DNA of 64,000 nucleotides from assembly GCA_963787255.1 (NCBI GenBank), contig CAWBCJ010000025.1, positions 288,001 to 352,000 on the forward strand, written 5' to 3'. Source of the stretch: Methanobacteriota archaeon (GTDB taxonomy: Archaea > Methanobacteriota > Methanobacteria > Methanobacteriales > Methanobacteriaceae). The number at the start of each line of letters is the position of its first letter. Within the stretch, counting starts at the first letter, position 1. The translations under genes were made by a program, and so were the position numbers. The notes beneath the pieces are model-generated. The model was not told where the DNA came from. It searched no databases and was given only the letters and a program-made list of their open reading frames with translations. Positions 1 through 10,202 of this stretch are shown one piece after another.

Positions 1-19
1 TTTAATTTTTATTATAAGT

Positions 20-580
20 CTATTTTTTGTCAATTTTCTTTAAAGCTTTGTTTGCTACTTTTTTAAAATCTTTATCTCCTGTTGCGGCCCTTCTAGCTTT
101 TTTAATTGGATCCACTGCTCTTTCATCACCAATATCTCCAAGCGCTTTAAGTGCAGCCATTCTCACTCCCCAATCTTCGTCGCTTAAAGTTTCAATCAGG
201 GGGTTTAAAGCCTTGGCGTCACCCATTTCTCCCAGTGACTTTGCAGCGAATTTCCTCACAGCGAAATTTTCATCATTTAAAACTTCAATTAGAGTATCCA
301 CCACGCTAGTATCTCCAATGTCCTTAAGTGCAAGAGTGGCATATTTTTTCATATTTCCACTTTCATCACTTTTTAAAGCGTTAATAAGGGGTTCTAATGC
401 AGGTTTTCCTATTAAACCCAGGGATTTAGCTGCCTGAAACCGTACTTCAGGATTACTATCATTAAATGCTTCAATTAGAGGTTCTATACAGCTTTCATCT
501 CCAGATTTACCCATTTCAAACGCGGTTTCTTTTCTAACTTCTGCGTTGTCATCTTTTAAGTTTTTTATAAAATTATCCAT
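20..580 (-). CDS. HEAT-repeat (PBS lyase-like) protein
   Basis: Tandem 'LIEALxDxxxxVRxxAAxxLG' repeats; AGGAGA SD upstream. Confidence 0.9.
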   Translation of the reverse strand: MDNFIKNLKDDNAEVRKETAFEMGKSGDESCIEPLIEAFNDSNPEVRFQAAKSLGLIGKPALEPLINALKSDESGNMKKYATLALKDIGDTSVVDTLIEVLNDENFAVRKFAAKSLGEMGDAKALNPLIETLSDEDWGVRMAALKALGDIGDERAVDPIKKARRAATGDKDFKKVANKALKKIDKK

Positions 581-830
581 TTGATTTCTCCTTTCTACAT
601 TTCCTTAAAATAAATATTTTCTTTATTTTCCTGATTTATGTATATAATATTTTCTAATTTATAATTATATATAAAAAATCATTTAAAAATGGTTATCTCC
701 ATTTATAAATGTAAATTAACATAAAATATGGACAAAAAAATTAGAATATTTTTTGTATAATATATAGAAAATAATATATATACGAAATGAGTTCATAATT
801 TTACCCCTTAAAAAAAGTATAACGATCAAT

Positions 831-1568
831 ATGAAAAACAATGAAATTTACGGCGCAAAAATAATTGACTCAGCGCTTTTAATAAAGGACAATTTAATTA
901 TATCTGACCTTCATCTAGGTTATGAGCATTCTTTAAACGCAGAAGGCTTCATGATCCCTCGATTTCAATACAAAAAGATTATAAATCGCTTAAAAGAGAT
1001 TATAGATAAATCATACGCCCGTAAAATAATAGTTAACGGTGATTTGAAGCATGAATTTTCAAAAATCTCAAGACAGGAATGGAATGAAGTAATGGATTTC
1101 ATAGATTTCCTTAAAGAACATTTTGAAGAAATAATTCTAATTAAAGGTAACCATGATAATTTCACTAGCTTTATAGCTGAAAAAAATGATTTAGATGTGT
1201 ACGAAAGTTTCTCTGTAGAAAATTTTTTGATACTTCACGGAGATAAAATTCCTGAAAATTTTAGCATGATGAAAGAAGATACAGTAATAATTGGACATGA
1301 ACATCCCAGTATAGGTTTAAGATGTGGCGAAAGGATTGAAAAAGTAAAATGTCACCTTAAAGGTAGAGTAAATAATAAAAAATTTATAATAATGCCATCT
1401 TTTAATTTTGTAACTGAAGGTTCGGATGTATTACAGCAAAAAACTATTTCACCATTTTTAAAAGGTATATCACTAGAGGAATTTGAAGTATGGGGAGTAG
1501 AAAATTTTGAGGTTCTTAATTTCGGAAAATTAAAGAGCCTTCTGCAGGTTAAGAATAAACTAAATTAA
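831..1568 (+). CDS. Calcineurin-like metallophosphoesterase (MPE type, Lhr-associated)
   Basis: SDLHLG, NGDLKH, KGNHD, LHGD and GHEHP motifs; directly upstream of lhr. Confidence 0.9.
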   Translation: MKNNEIYGAKIIDSALLIKDNLIISDLHLGYEHSLNAEGFMIPRFQYKKIINRLKEIIDKSYARKIIVNGDLKHEFSKISRQEWNEVMDFIDFLKEHFEEIILIKGNHDNFTSFIAEKNDLDVYESFSVENFLILHGDKIPENFSMMKEDTVIIGHEHPSIGLRCGERIEKVKCHLKGRVNNKKFIIMPSFNFVTEGSDVLQQKTISPFLKGISLEEFEVWGVENFEVLNFGKLKSLLQVKNKLN

Positions 1569-1669
1569 TAAGGGATTTAGAGATAAAATTTCTGTCAATT
1601 ATTGGGAAAAAACGATTTTTGTTTTATAACTCTTATTATTAATGAATTAATTTAAAAAAAAGGATAGAA

Positions 1670-4258
1670 ATGATACAAAAACAGGAAAAACTTTACAAGG
1701 ATAGTTCAATTTATAAATTATTACATCCCTGGGTTAAAGAATGGTTTAAAAGTAAATTTGAAGGATTTACAGAAGCACAAAAATATGCAATAATGGATAT
1801 TCATAAGGGAAACAATGCCCTTATTTCGTCTCCTACAGGTTCAGGTAAAACGCTCACTGCTTTTCTTTCCATAATAAGTCAGTTAACCATGATGTCTGAT
1901 ATAGGCAAGCTTGAAGATAAGGTGTATTGTATCTATATTTCTCCATTGAAGGCTCTTGACAACGATATTGAAAAGAACTTGGAGGAACCCCTTCGCGAAA
2001 TTGAAAGAATTGCAGGAAAAAAGCTTGGTATTAGAAAGGCTGTTCGAACAGGTGATACTAGTCAGTACGAAAGGACAAAAATGCTTAAAAAGCCACCGCA
2101 TATATTGATCACCACTCCAGAAACATTATCCATTCTACTTTGTGCTCCAAAGTTTAGAGAAAAAATTAAAGATGTGGGATATGTTATAGTAGATGAAATT
2201 CACTCCCTTGCAGATAATAAAAGGGGAGTTCACCTTAATTTAACCTTAGAAAGGCTTCAAAACCTTTCAGGAGGATTTACAAGGATAGGGCTTAGTGCAA
2301 CCGTTTCCCCTCTTGAAAAGATGGCTAAATATTTAGTTGGTTACCAGGATGGGTTCCCACGGGATTGTAAAATTGTCGATGTGAATTATTTAAAACAGCT
2401 GGATATGGAAGTTATGTGTCCTGTTGACGACATAATAAATTCAGATCCCGAAAAAATGAACAATGCAACTTATAATCTCTTAAACGAGCTGATAAAAAAA
2501 CATAAAACCACATTAATATTTACAAATACAAGAAGCGGAACTGAAAGCATTGTTTTTAACCTTAAAAAGAGATTTAAAGGTAAATATGATGATAGTAATA
2601 TTATGACTCATCATTCATCACTTTCTAGAGAATCAAGGCTTGAAACAGAGAATAAACTAAAAAATGGTGAATTAAAGGTTGTAGTTTCTTCAACTTCCCT
2701 TGAATTAGGCATAGACATAGGTTATATAGACCTGGTTATACTTGTAAGCTCTCCAAAATCAGTATCAAGGGCTTTGCAGCGTATAGGGAGAAGCGGACAT
2801 AAATTGCATGAAAAATCAAAGGGAAGAATAATTGTTGTTAACCGTGACGATCTGGTGGAATGTTCTTTAATCTTAAAAAACGCAGTTGAAGGAAAGATAG
2901 ACGAAATAAGAATTCCTGAAAACTGTCTAGATGTTTTATCCCAGCATATATATGGTTTGGCTATTGAAGAACGGCAAGATATTGATATGACCTATGATTT
3001 AATAAAAAGAAGTTACTGTTACAGAAATCTAACTGAAAATGATTATCTAAGTGTTCTAAGTTATCTTGCAGGTGAGTATACAGATCTAGAAGATAGATAT
3101 GTCTATGCTAAAATTTGGGCTGATTATGATACCAACATGTTTGGAAAAAGGGGAAAACTTGCCAGAATGCTTTATTCAACAAATATAGGCACAATTCCAG
3201 ATAGATCTTCTGCCCGGGTTAAATGCGCTGGTCAGGTTGTAGGAAACGTAGAAGAAGCTTTTATGGAAAAACTTCAAAAGGGAGATACTTTTGTTCTTGG
3301 AGGGAAAATTTACAGGTTTAACTATGCAAGGGGAATGACTCTAAACGTTACACCTTCTTCAGGTCCGCCTAGTATCCCTTCATGGTTTTCAGAACAATTA
3401 CCACTCTCATTTGATCTTGCTCTTGAAATTCAAAGGTTTCGTGCTATAATGGAAGGAAAATTTCAGGCTGAAAGAAGTAAAGAAGAAATAATGGATTTTA
3501 TTCATGAGTATCTTTATGTGGATTATAATGCCGCCAATTCAATTTATGAGTACTTCAGAGAGCAGTATCTCTATGCATTGATTCCAAGCAGTAAAAAAAT
3601 ACTTATTGAGTATTATAAAGGATTTGGAGATAGAAAATTTGTTGTTTTCCACACATGCTTTGGAAGAAGGGTTAATGATGCACTTTCTCGTGCTGTGGCA
3701 TATATGATTGCTAAAAAATATAAAAGAGATATAATGATTTCAATATCAGATAACGGGTTTTATTTAAGTTCTGAAGGTAAAATTGGAGGTTTAGAAGGAT
3801 TTAACGACTTGAATTCAGAAAATATTGAGGAAATATTAGTTCAAGCCATTGAAAAAACTGAAACACTTGCTGGACGATTCAGACACTGCGCTGGGAGAGC
3901 ATTAATGATTCTCAGGCGTTATAAAGGAAAGGAAAAAAGTGTATCCCGACAACATATCAAGGGAAAAATACTACTGAATTTTGTTAAAGAGCTTGATAAT
4001 GACTTTTCAATACTTAAAGAAGCAAGAAGAGAAGTAATGGAAGATTTCATGGATGTTAAAAATGCAAAACGTGTTTTAAAGATGATAGAAAGCGGCCAGC
4101 TTGAAATAAAGCAGATAAATACTACTATACCTTCGCCATTTGCATTCAATCTGGTTGCACAGTGCTATTTAGATGTTTTAAAATATGAAGAACGAATTGA
4201 ATTTATAAGAAGGATGCACCAAGCCATAGTTACTGAGATTGGTGGTGAAAGTACCTGA
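1670..4258 (+). CDS. lhr: Lhr-family ATP-dependent SF2 helicase
   Basis: [27 protein letters not shown] and QRIGRSGH motifs; 862 aa Lhr-core length. Confidence 0.95.
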   Translation: MIQKQEKLYKDSSIYKLLHPWVKEWFKSKFEGFTEAQKYAIMDIHKGNNALISSPTGSGKTLTAFLSIISQLTMMSDIGKLEDKVYCIYISPLKALDNDIEKNLEEPLREIERIAGKKLGIRKAVRTGDTSQYERTKMLKKPPHILITTPETLSILLCAPKFREKIKDVGYVIVDEIHSLADNKRGVHLNLTLERLQNLSGGFTRIGLSATVSPLEKMAKYLVGYQDGFPRDCKIVDVNYLKQLDMEVMCPVDDIINSDPEKMNNATYNLLNELIKKHKTTLIFTNTRSGTESIVFNLKKRFKGKYDDSNIMTHHSSLSRESRLETENKLKNGELKVVVSSTSLELGIDIGYIDLVILVSSPKSVSRALQRIGRSGHKLHEKSKGRIIVVNRDDLVECSLILKNAVEGKIDEIRIPENCLDVLSQHIYGLAIEERQDIDMTYDLIKRSYCYRNLTENDYLSVLSYLAGEYTDLEDRYVYAKIWADYDTNMFGKRGKLARMLYSTNIGTIPDRSSARVKCAGQVVGNVEEAFMEKLQKGDTFVLGGKIYRFNYARGMTLNVTPSSGPPSIPSWFSEQLPLSFDLALEIQRFRAIMEGKFQAERSKEEIMDFIHEYLYVDYNAANSIYEYFREQYLYALIPSSKKILIEYYKGFGDRKFVVFHTCFGRRVNDALSRAVAYMIAKKYKRDIMISISDNGFYLSSEGKIGGLEGFNDLNSENIEEILVQAIEKTETLAGRFRHCAGRALMILRRYKGKEKSVSRQHIKGKILLNFVKELDNDFSILKEARREVMEDFMDVKNAKRVLKMIESGQLEIKQINTTIPSPFAFNLVAQCYLDVLKYEERIEFIRRMHQAIVTEIGGEST

Positions 4259-4298
4259 TTAAAAAAAAGAAGAAAAAATTTTAGGGAGCAATGCCCTT

Positions 4299-4607
4299 TT
4301 ATTCTGCAAAATAATGAGTGAAATCGTCTGCATCCATTTCTATAAACCATTGGCCGTTTGAAGTCACTATTGGTGTTCTTGTAATGACCATTGGGAGCAG
4401 TTCTGATTCTTCATTGTTGTCAGTGTCCATTTTGCTGCTGATTACATCTAATGTATTGGCCATGAATTCTCTTGAATCAAATCCTAATAAAATATCTCTA
4501 ACGTCCATTCCTACTTCTTCTGAAGCGTCAGGATTCTTTGCAATCTCTACGCTTTTTAAATTATTGAAAGCTCTTACTGCAATTGCTTTAAGTTCATTAT
4601 CTGTCAT
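4299..4607 (-). CDS. Hypothetical acidic protein
   Basis: ORF with GGTGG SD before ATG at 4607; no motif recognised. Confidence 0.65.
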   Translation of the reverse strand: MTDNELKAIAVRAFNNLKSVEIAKNPDASEEVGMDVRDILLGFDSREFMANTLDVISSKMDTDNNEESELLPMVITRTPIVTSNGQWFIEMDADDFTHYFAE

Positions 4608-4935
4608 AATAACCACCAAAATTAAGTTCTTATACTATTTACTAATCTCTTTTTATTTAAATAGTTTTAAACTGATATATAAAACTAACTTATTTTCTAT
4701 TATTTTTTAATTTATTTCAATTAATAGTTTCTTTTTTTTATATTTCAATTCTATTATAATAGGTATTAAAAAATTTTCTAATGAAAAATACTGTAACTTA
4801 ATAATTACATCCCATATGATTTAACCATTTTTCAAAAACCAATACTAAAGAATATCTGATTTAAGAACCTATATAAAAAATAGGTATAATGTAACTACAA
4901 ATATAAACAGAAATAATAATTAGAGGAGATTAAAA

Positions 4936-5229
4936 ATGCTTGAAAGGTTAGATAATATTATATACATGCTTTTAAGAGATTTAAAAGACGGTAATCCTGT
5001 AATAAAGCTCGCCCAAAGAGAGGATACTTTTGAAGGCCAATCACGTACTTATCTTTACATTTATATTGAAGTAAGCAGGGATTTTAAGCTTAAAATTTCT
5101 TATCTTGCAGAACTAGAAGAAATGTTTGGAAATGATGTTTCATTTGTTCAAACTGTTGCCTCAGGATGTAATATCATAAAAACAAAAATTCCACTGGAGA
5201 GCATTAAACATTTTGAAGAGGAAGAATGA
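4936..5229 (+). CDS. Hypothetical protein
   Basis: GAGGAGA SD; 97 aa ORF. Confidence 0.7.
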   Translation: MLERLDNIIYMLLRDLKDGNPVIKLAQREDTFEGQSRTYLYIYIEVSRDFKLKISYLAELEEMFGNDVSFVQTVASGCNIIKTKIPLESIKHFEEEE

Positions 5230-5318
5230 ATTTTAAAATATTTTCAATAAATTATTCAAATTTCATATATCTTTAATATATTATGAAATTTATAATATTA
5301 CAAAAAAGAGGTGTCTCT

Positions 5319-5969
5319 ATGGTTAATTTAGAAATAAAAAAAGCTGAAAAAAATACAGAAGAATATAAAACAAAATTTCTAAATGAACTAAAACCAGGGG
5401 AAGAGATAAAAGGCGAAATACATATAGGAGAGATTAAAAAGAGGCAAATAAAAAACAAAGATGTGGAAGAATTTTTTATTATACTTACAGACCATGAAAA
5501 ACATGAAAAATGGATTTGTGGTATAGTTACTTCATATTATCCTGAAACCGGCAACATTTACGGCGAAAAAAATGGTAGAGTTTACAGTTTAATTGATAGC
5601 CTAAATCATGTCCTTAACGGCACACCTAGAAATGTTGAAGATAGTTATTCCGTTAAATTTGACACTTTCCAAAAAAATATCAACCAAAATGTGAATAAAG
5701 TCAAAATTAAAGCTGTTCAATCATGGGAACCTGGTGCTAAAGCAGTTAATTTAGAGGTTATTGATGCAGAACTATTAAAAGTAGAAGAATCTCAACAAAT
5801 AAAAAATTTGGCAGCTACAAGCAATGCTATTAAATTAGCATACAATAACCTTAGAGGTAAAGATATAAACAAAAAATCAGTAGCTTTTGAACTTAAACAC
5901 TTATTAGATAAAGAAGAAATAATGAAAACAGAATTTAAAGATGCTTTAAAGGAACTGGATAAATTATAG
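5319..5969 (+). CDS. Hypothetical protein
   Basis: GAGGTG SD before ATG 5319; host-like codon usage. Confidence 0.75.
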   Translation: MVNLEIKKAEKNTEEYKTKFLNELKPGEEIKGEIHIGEIKKRQIKNKDVEEFFIILTDHEKHEKWICGIVTSYYPETGNIYGEKNGRVYSLIDSLNHVLNGTPRNVEDSYSVKFDTFQKNINQNVNKVKIKAVQSWEPGAKAVNLEVIDAELLKVEESQQIKNLAATSNAIKLAYNNLRGKDINKKSVAFELKHLLDKEEIMKTEFKDALKELDKL

Positions 5970-5996
5970 TTTAAAAATAATTTTTTTCTCTTTGGC

Positions 5997-6308
5997 TTAT
6001 CTGCTTTTTCCATTTTGGCAGAAGTAAAGTTCAGGATCTCCAATTTTTAAATCATTTTCCTTCCAGACATCACATTCTTTACATCTGCATCGTTTCTTAG
6101 GGTTTAAATCTTTACAAAGTGCTTCTCCTGTAGAACAGTACATTCCAGGAACCCTATCCCTTTCAAAATATATTCCACTTTCGCTGCTCCATGCTATTTC
6201 CAGCATCATCCTTTTTTTACCTTCTACGCACACACTTTCAGCCTGAACTGGGCATTCTGGACATAAGCATCTCTTAATATTTTTAACATTAAATTCAACT
6301 TTTGGTAT
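5997..6308 (-). CDS. DUF2769-type Cys-rich protein, probable ATA start
   Basis: Frame extends upstream of the listed ORF as (I)PKVEFNVKNIKRCLCPECPVQ...YCSTG...CRCKECDVW...YFC; paralogous to 10203-10511; GGAGG SD 7 nt before ATA. Confidence 0.8.
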   Translation of the reverse strand: MPKVEFNVKNIKRCLCPECPVQAESVCVEGKKRMMLEIAWSSESGIYFERDRVPGMYCSTGEALCKDLNPKKRCRCKECDVWKENDLKIGDPELYFCQNGKSR

Positions 6309-6364
6309 TTCTAATCCTCCCTTGAATGTTTAACAACTTTTTTGGATTAATACATTATTTTTTT

Positions 6365-6643
6365 TTAGGTTGCACTTTCTTTAATGTCCTCTGTCACTTT
6401 ATCGTAGTATCCTTTAAATTCTTCGATTTGATTAACCTTATTTGTTTCAGTTAAATTGTATTTGGATTTATCAAGCTCTAAAACTATGTATATTTCGTTC
6501 CTGTTACTATTTTGTTTATCTACATAAGCTTTGTCTTTATACTCTTTTAATTCCACGTCTATTTCGTCCATAGAGTTAAAAAGCCATCCATCATCTACAA
6601 ATTCAAAAACATTTTCTTTTATATTTCTATTTAGAGTTAACAT
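6365..6643 (-). CDS. Hypothetical acidic protein
   Basis: 92 aa ORF with AGTGA SD; 12 bp downstream of the 6656-7012 gene. Confidence 0.65.
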   Translation of the reverse strand: MLTLNRNIKENVFEFVDDGWLFNSMDEIDVELKEYKDKAYVDKQNSNRNEIYIVLELDKSKYNLTETNKVNQIEEFKGYYDKVTEDIKESAT

Positions 6644-6655
6644 TTTTTATCACTT

Positions 6656-7012
6656 TTAGTACCTAATTGCCCTGTATTCCTCATTTAAGATTACTTGCCT
6701 TTTGTGTGTTGCTTCTTCTTTTTTAGTTGCATGATTTGCATCGTCCATATAGACATTTAATTTAAACATTCCGCCTTCTTTAAAGGGGCCAACTGTTAGG
6801 TCTGAACGTTTATCTTTAGCTGTAAATTTTAAACGGGATGCTTGGTTTGGATTTACTTTATTTCCTTCGTTATCTTCATATTCGACATTTCCTTCTGCAT
6901 ATGTTGATGGTATGCGGAGTTTGGAAGCAGGTATTTTGGAAGGAACTTTTATTTTTTCGGGAATTGGTACCATTTTAATTTTACGTATTTTTTCCATTCC
7001 TTTAGAAGCCAT
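6656..7012 (-). CDS. Hypothetical basic protein
   Basis: AGGTGA SD before ATG 7012. Confidence 0.7.
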   Translation of the reverse strand: MASKGMEKIRKIKMVPIPEKIKVPSKIPASKLRIPSTYAEGNVEYEDNEGNKVNPNQASRLKFTAKDKRSDLTVGPFKEGGMFKLNVYMDDANHATKKEEATHKRQVILNEEYRAIRY

Positions 7013-7438
7013 AAATATCACCTACAAATAATTTTTAATACTTATTATACATTTATTAATATTTCTAATTAACTATGAAAAATAAAATTTAGACGATGCC
7101 CATAAAAGTAAAAGGAATTTATAATTTTATTATAAATTAAAAAAATAGTGTTAATTATGCTTTTTCATTTTTAATCATAGAATTAATTCTTATTTTTTTT
7201 AATTAAATCCTGTCTCCATAATAATGTTCTATTAGTTTTAATTATTTTTGAAAGACTGGTGTATTGTGATTATTTATTATTTGGAAAAATGAGGATAAAT
7301 TAGTTGCTTAGGGTATATGTATTTAGCTAAATACTGCTATTTCTACAATTTTTTATTTGTTGCTTCTTTTAATGTTGATTTGCTTGTTGTGGTGATGGTG
7401 TTTTGGGTTATGTTGTGTGTTTTTTGTAATTTTTTGGT

Positions 7439-7464
7439 ACTTCGTAATGGTAATGTTACGCACA
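7439..7464. repeat. Degenerate dif-like palindrome S1
   Basis: ACTTCGTAATG-GTAA-TGTTACGCACA; left arm 9/11 to ACTTCGTTATA, right arm 9/11 to that of the 9871-9899 site. Confidence 0.4.
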
Positions 7465-7690
7465 AGATCATAATATGAATTAAAATGTATGCATTTATGG
7501 ACACCAAAAGGAGAGGCCTAAAGTGGCGTCCACAGGTACTTAATAACCATATATTACTGAGTTGTAAAGTAAACCTCACTTAATCCGTCAATTTGAACCC
7601 TTTTTTTCAAGGCCAAAATCTTTAAATCGGTAAATTTATTAATTTCTAAGCTTATATTAATATAAAATGGAAATAATTAGGAGGTAACTT

Positions 7691-8185
7691 ATGAAAAAAG
7701 CAACTCTTAATCAACAAAAGCACGATCCGGACAAGACAGAAGAGATTAAAACAATGTTACGTTGTACCCCGTTTCTTTTGTTTGATGGAAACTGCGCCGA
7801 GGCAATGACGTTCTATCAAAAATGTCTTGGCGGAGGTTTAACTCTTACGAAACTTGGCGATACTTCCATGAAGGCCCAGTTTCCACCAGAGAAGCACAAC
7901 AGGATTATCAATGCTCATCTTAAGAGTGGTGCTATTGATATATCAGCTACAGATTGGATGGCTTCTCCGGCCTTAGAACCAAAACAAGGTAACATGTACG
8001 CCATATTTGTCATCGGCGAGACGTATGACGAGTTGAAAAAAGTTTTTGATAAACTCAAATATGGGGCAGAAAAAGATCGGTTTCAAGACTTGCATGATAT
8101 GCCATTTGGAACATATGGACAATTTTATGATAGATATGGTGTACAATGGATTTTCAAAAGCGATAATAAAAAAGAGTCGTTATAG
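7691..8185 (+). CDS. VOC/PhnB-like (glyoxalase superfamily) protein
   Basis: PFLLFDGNCAEAMTFYQ, IINAHL and MPFGTYGQFYDRYGVQW motifs; GGAGGT SD. Confidence 0.9.
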   Translation: MKKATLNQQKHDPDKTEEIKTMLRCTPFLLFDGNCAEAMTFYQKCLGGGLTLTKLGDTSMKAQFPPEKHNRIINAHLKSGAIDISATDWMASPALEPKQGNMYAIFVIGETYDELKKVFDKLKYGAEKDRFQDLHDMPFGTYGQFYDRYGVQWIFKSDNKKESL

Positions 8186-8212
8186 TTGCTCGAATCTCCT
8201 TTGAGCAATTAT
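8182..8212 (+). other. Intergenic stem-loop between VOC and DUF1801 genes
   Basis: ATAGTTGCTCGAA-TCTCC-TTTGAGCAATTAT, 13-bp stem with two G-U pairs. Confidence 0.5.
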
Positions 8213-8239
8213 CTATTAAAAGTAAAAGGTGAAAATAAT

Positions 8240-8626
8240 ATGAAAAAAGTAGAAAAAGTCGCACAAAACACCACCAAAAAAGCCGCGAATAAAGCAGACG
8301 GGGAAAGCGCCGTGCTCGCGAACATCGCTGAGATGACGGAACCGGATCGAGCCATGGGCGAGCGGCTCCATGCTATCATCAAAACCAGCGCTCCAACCCT
8401 CTCGCCGAGACTCTGGTACGGGATGCCCGCGTATGCCAAGGACGGTAATGTTGTCTGCTTCTTCCAAAGTGCACAGAAGTTCAAAACGAGGTACGCGACG
8501 TTCGGCTTCAGCGACAAGGCGAACCTCGACGAAGGCAACTTGTGGCCGGTCGCTTTCGCGCTGAAGGAGTTGACCGCCGCTGAAGAGGCGATGATCGCCG
8601 CGCTAGTGAAGAAAGCAGTGAGCTGA
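8240..8626 (+). CDS. DUF1801 (YdhG-like) protein, high GC, horizontally acquired
   Basis: [43 protein letters not shown]; hand count 177/300 GC over 8281-8580; AGGTGA SD before ATG 8240. Confidence 0.9.
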   Translation: MKKVEKVAQNTTKKAANKADGESAVLANIAEMTEPDRAMGERLHAIIKTSAPTLSPRLWYGMPAYAKDGNVVCFFQSAQKFKTRYATFGFSDKANLDEGNLWPVAFALKELTAAEEAMIAALVKKAVS

Positions 8627-8727
8627 GGACCTATTTTATTAAAAATTCATAATGTAATGATAAATTAAATTCAGTGATCAGAATTTATCTAAAATGAAGA
8701 TTTTTTTTGTATTTTTAGTGTAGTTGT

Positions 8728-8753
8728 ACTTTGTTATAAACGATTAGCGAAAG
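8728..8753. repeat. Degenerate dif-like palindrome S2
   Basis: ACTTTGTTATA-AACG-ATTAGCGAAAG; left arm 10/11 to ACTTCGTTATA. Confidence 0.35.
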
Positions 8754-8819
8754 GTCGTTTAATTTTTTTTTAGTGAACTGCAATGATACTGAAAATGTTG
8801 GAATTTTTAGTGGATTTTT

Positions 8820-8847
8820 ACTTCGTTAAACAATTCTATAACGAAGT
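8820..8847. repeat. Xer/dif-type (11-6-11) tyrosine recombinase site candidate S3
   Basis: ACTTCGTTAAA-CAATTC-TATAACGAAGT; arms 10/11 inverted; lies within a longer imperfect inverted repeat (about 8804-8870). Confidence 0.6.
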
Positions 8848-9487
8848 TCAACAAAAAATCCTCCTAAAAAACACAAAAAATCAACAACTTTAATCAAAAA
8901 CACAACAATTGAAAAAATATTTGATAATTTTAAAATTTATAAGTAATTCTGAAATTTTATATTGTTATTTTAAATCAACTTACAGCAAAAAAATAATTCA
9001 AACAGAACCCTACAAACACTCCAACTAATCACGCATCACAGAAACCATAACACACAACCGACCATTCTGATCCTTCAATTCCTGATAATTCATCTTTAAT
9101 TCCCTGTAATCAGATATACTGACCGGTGGCTTAACATCAGTTATAGTTTACATGCTCTATGTACTGCAAGTATACTGCCTTTAAAATTATACGTAATGGT
9201 CAAGTAGTAGGCATCTCTTGCACTGTTGTTATATTTATGTTAGAAATTTCTATTTGTATAACCTTTATATTTATCTATGATTGGTGTAATGTGCTTGTTT
9301 TTATGATTTTAGTTTTTTTTTGTATGTTAAAAAATAATGGATTATTATAGGGGTATGGTGAATAATGTTTCATAAATATTTTGAAAAACTATTCTTTTTT
9401 TTATTTAAAATTTTATTTGGAATTAATTAATAAAAAATATTAGAAAATTATTATTATAGTTTCAACAAAAATAATATTATAAATTAT

Positions 9488-9787
9488 ATGGATGTGAAAA
9501 TCGTGAAATATATTGTTTTGGGGAAATGGACAGATCAAGGAAGGAAAACTATTCCAGATATAGAAAAAAGAGTTGAAACTGCACGAAATTTAACAGAAAA
9601 ACAAAATGGGAGTATGAACCTTTACTTTACCATGGGCGAATACGATTTTGTAGCAATAATTGATATGCCCAACGAAGAGAATATGGTAGAAATTCTCATG
9701 AAACTTAACGCTATGGACAATTTTGCAACAAAAACCCTTAAAGCTTGGACTGATTCTGAATTCGTGAAAATGGTTTCAAAACTTTAA
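9488..9787 (+). CDS. GYD-domain protein
   Basis: YIVLGKWTDQG...YFTMGEYDFVAIID pattern. Confidence 0.85.
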   Translation: MDVKIVKYIVLGKWTDQGRKTIPDIEKRVETARNLTEKQNGSMNLYFTMGEYDFVAIIDMPNEENMVEILMKLNAMDNFATKTLKAWTDSEFVKMVSKL

Positions 9788-9870
9788 AAAATCAACTAAA
9801 AAATGATAGATCTCTTGCTTGATGGTCAGGCAGAAAAAATCATATGATTAAAATTTTCTTTTTTAATTTT

Positions 9871-9899
9871 AAGTCGTTATGGCGCTATTATTACGCAGA
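9871..9899. repeat. Degenerate dif-like palindrome S4
   Basis: AAGTCGTTATG-GCGCTAT-TATTACGCAGA; each arm 8/11 to the S3 consensus. Confidence 0.4.
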
Positions 9900-10202
9900 A
9901 ACAGAAAAAAATTAGCTCAAAAAAATAGCTAGCTCTTTAATAAAACTGCAACATAATTAGAAAAATAATATTTAACTCATTTGATTAATTTTATTGGATA
10001 ATCCATTATACTGAATTTATCATGCTCAATTCTACATTCACGTAGTTTCTTATCTATTAATATGGATACATTCATGCATTTTACGTACCATGGCTTCGGT
10101 TACTTCCAATTTATTCACCATAACTGTAATGGTTGATATTTTAGGTTGATTGTGTTAAAGAGCAAATGTAAATAGAGTAATTAATAAGTTTTTTAGTTGT
10201 AA

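Noticed and set aside
4742-4771. ATTTCAATTCTATTATA resembling the start of a Methanobacteriales CRISPR repeat
   Set aside because: Single partial copy in very AT-rich DNA; no repeat-spacer periodicity and no cas genes.
7343-7579. 78-aa minus-strand ORF (also ORF 9159-9350)
   Set aside because: Arise from low-complexity skewed tracts; no SD or motifs. Transposase-remnant readings were tried and were unconvincing.
8817-8850. Engineered loxP site
   Set aside because: Only 17 of 26 arm positions match loxP and no vector sequence is nearby; a natural site is more likely.
7600-9900. Classical integron attC array
   Set aside because: No RYYYAAC...GTTRRRY paired ends after the genes and no intI; the palindromes fit dif-type geometry better.
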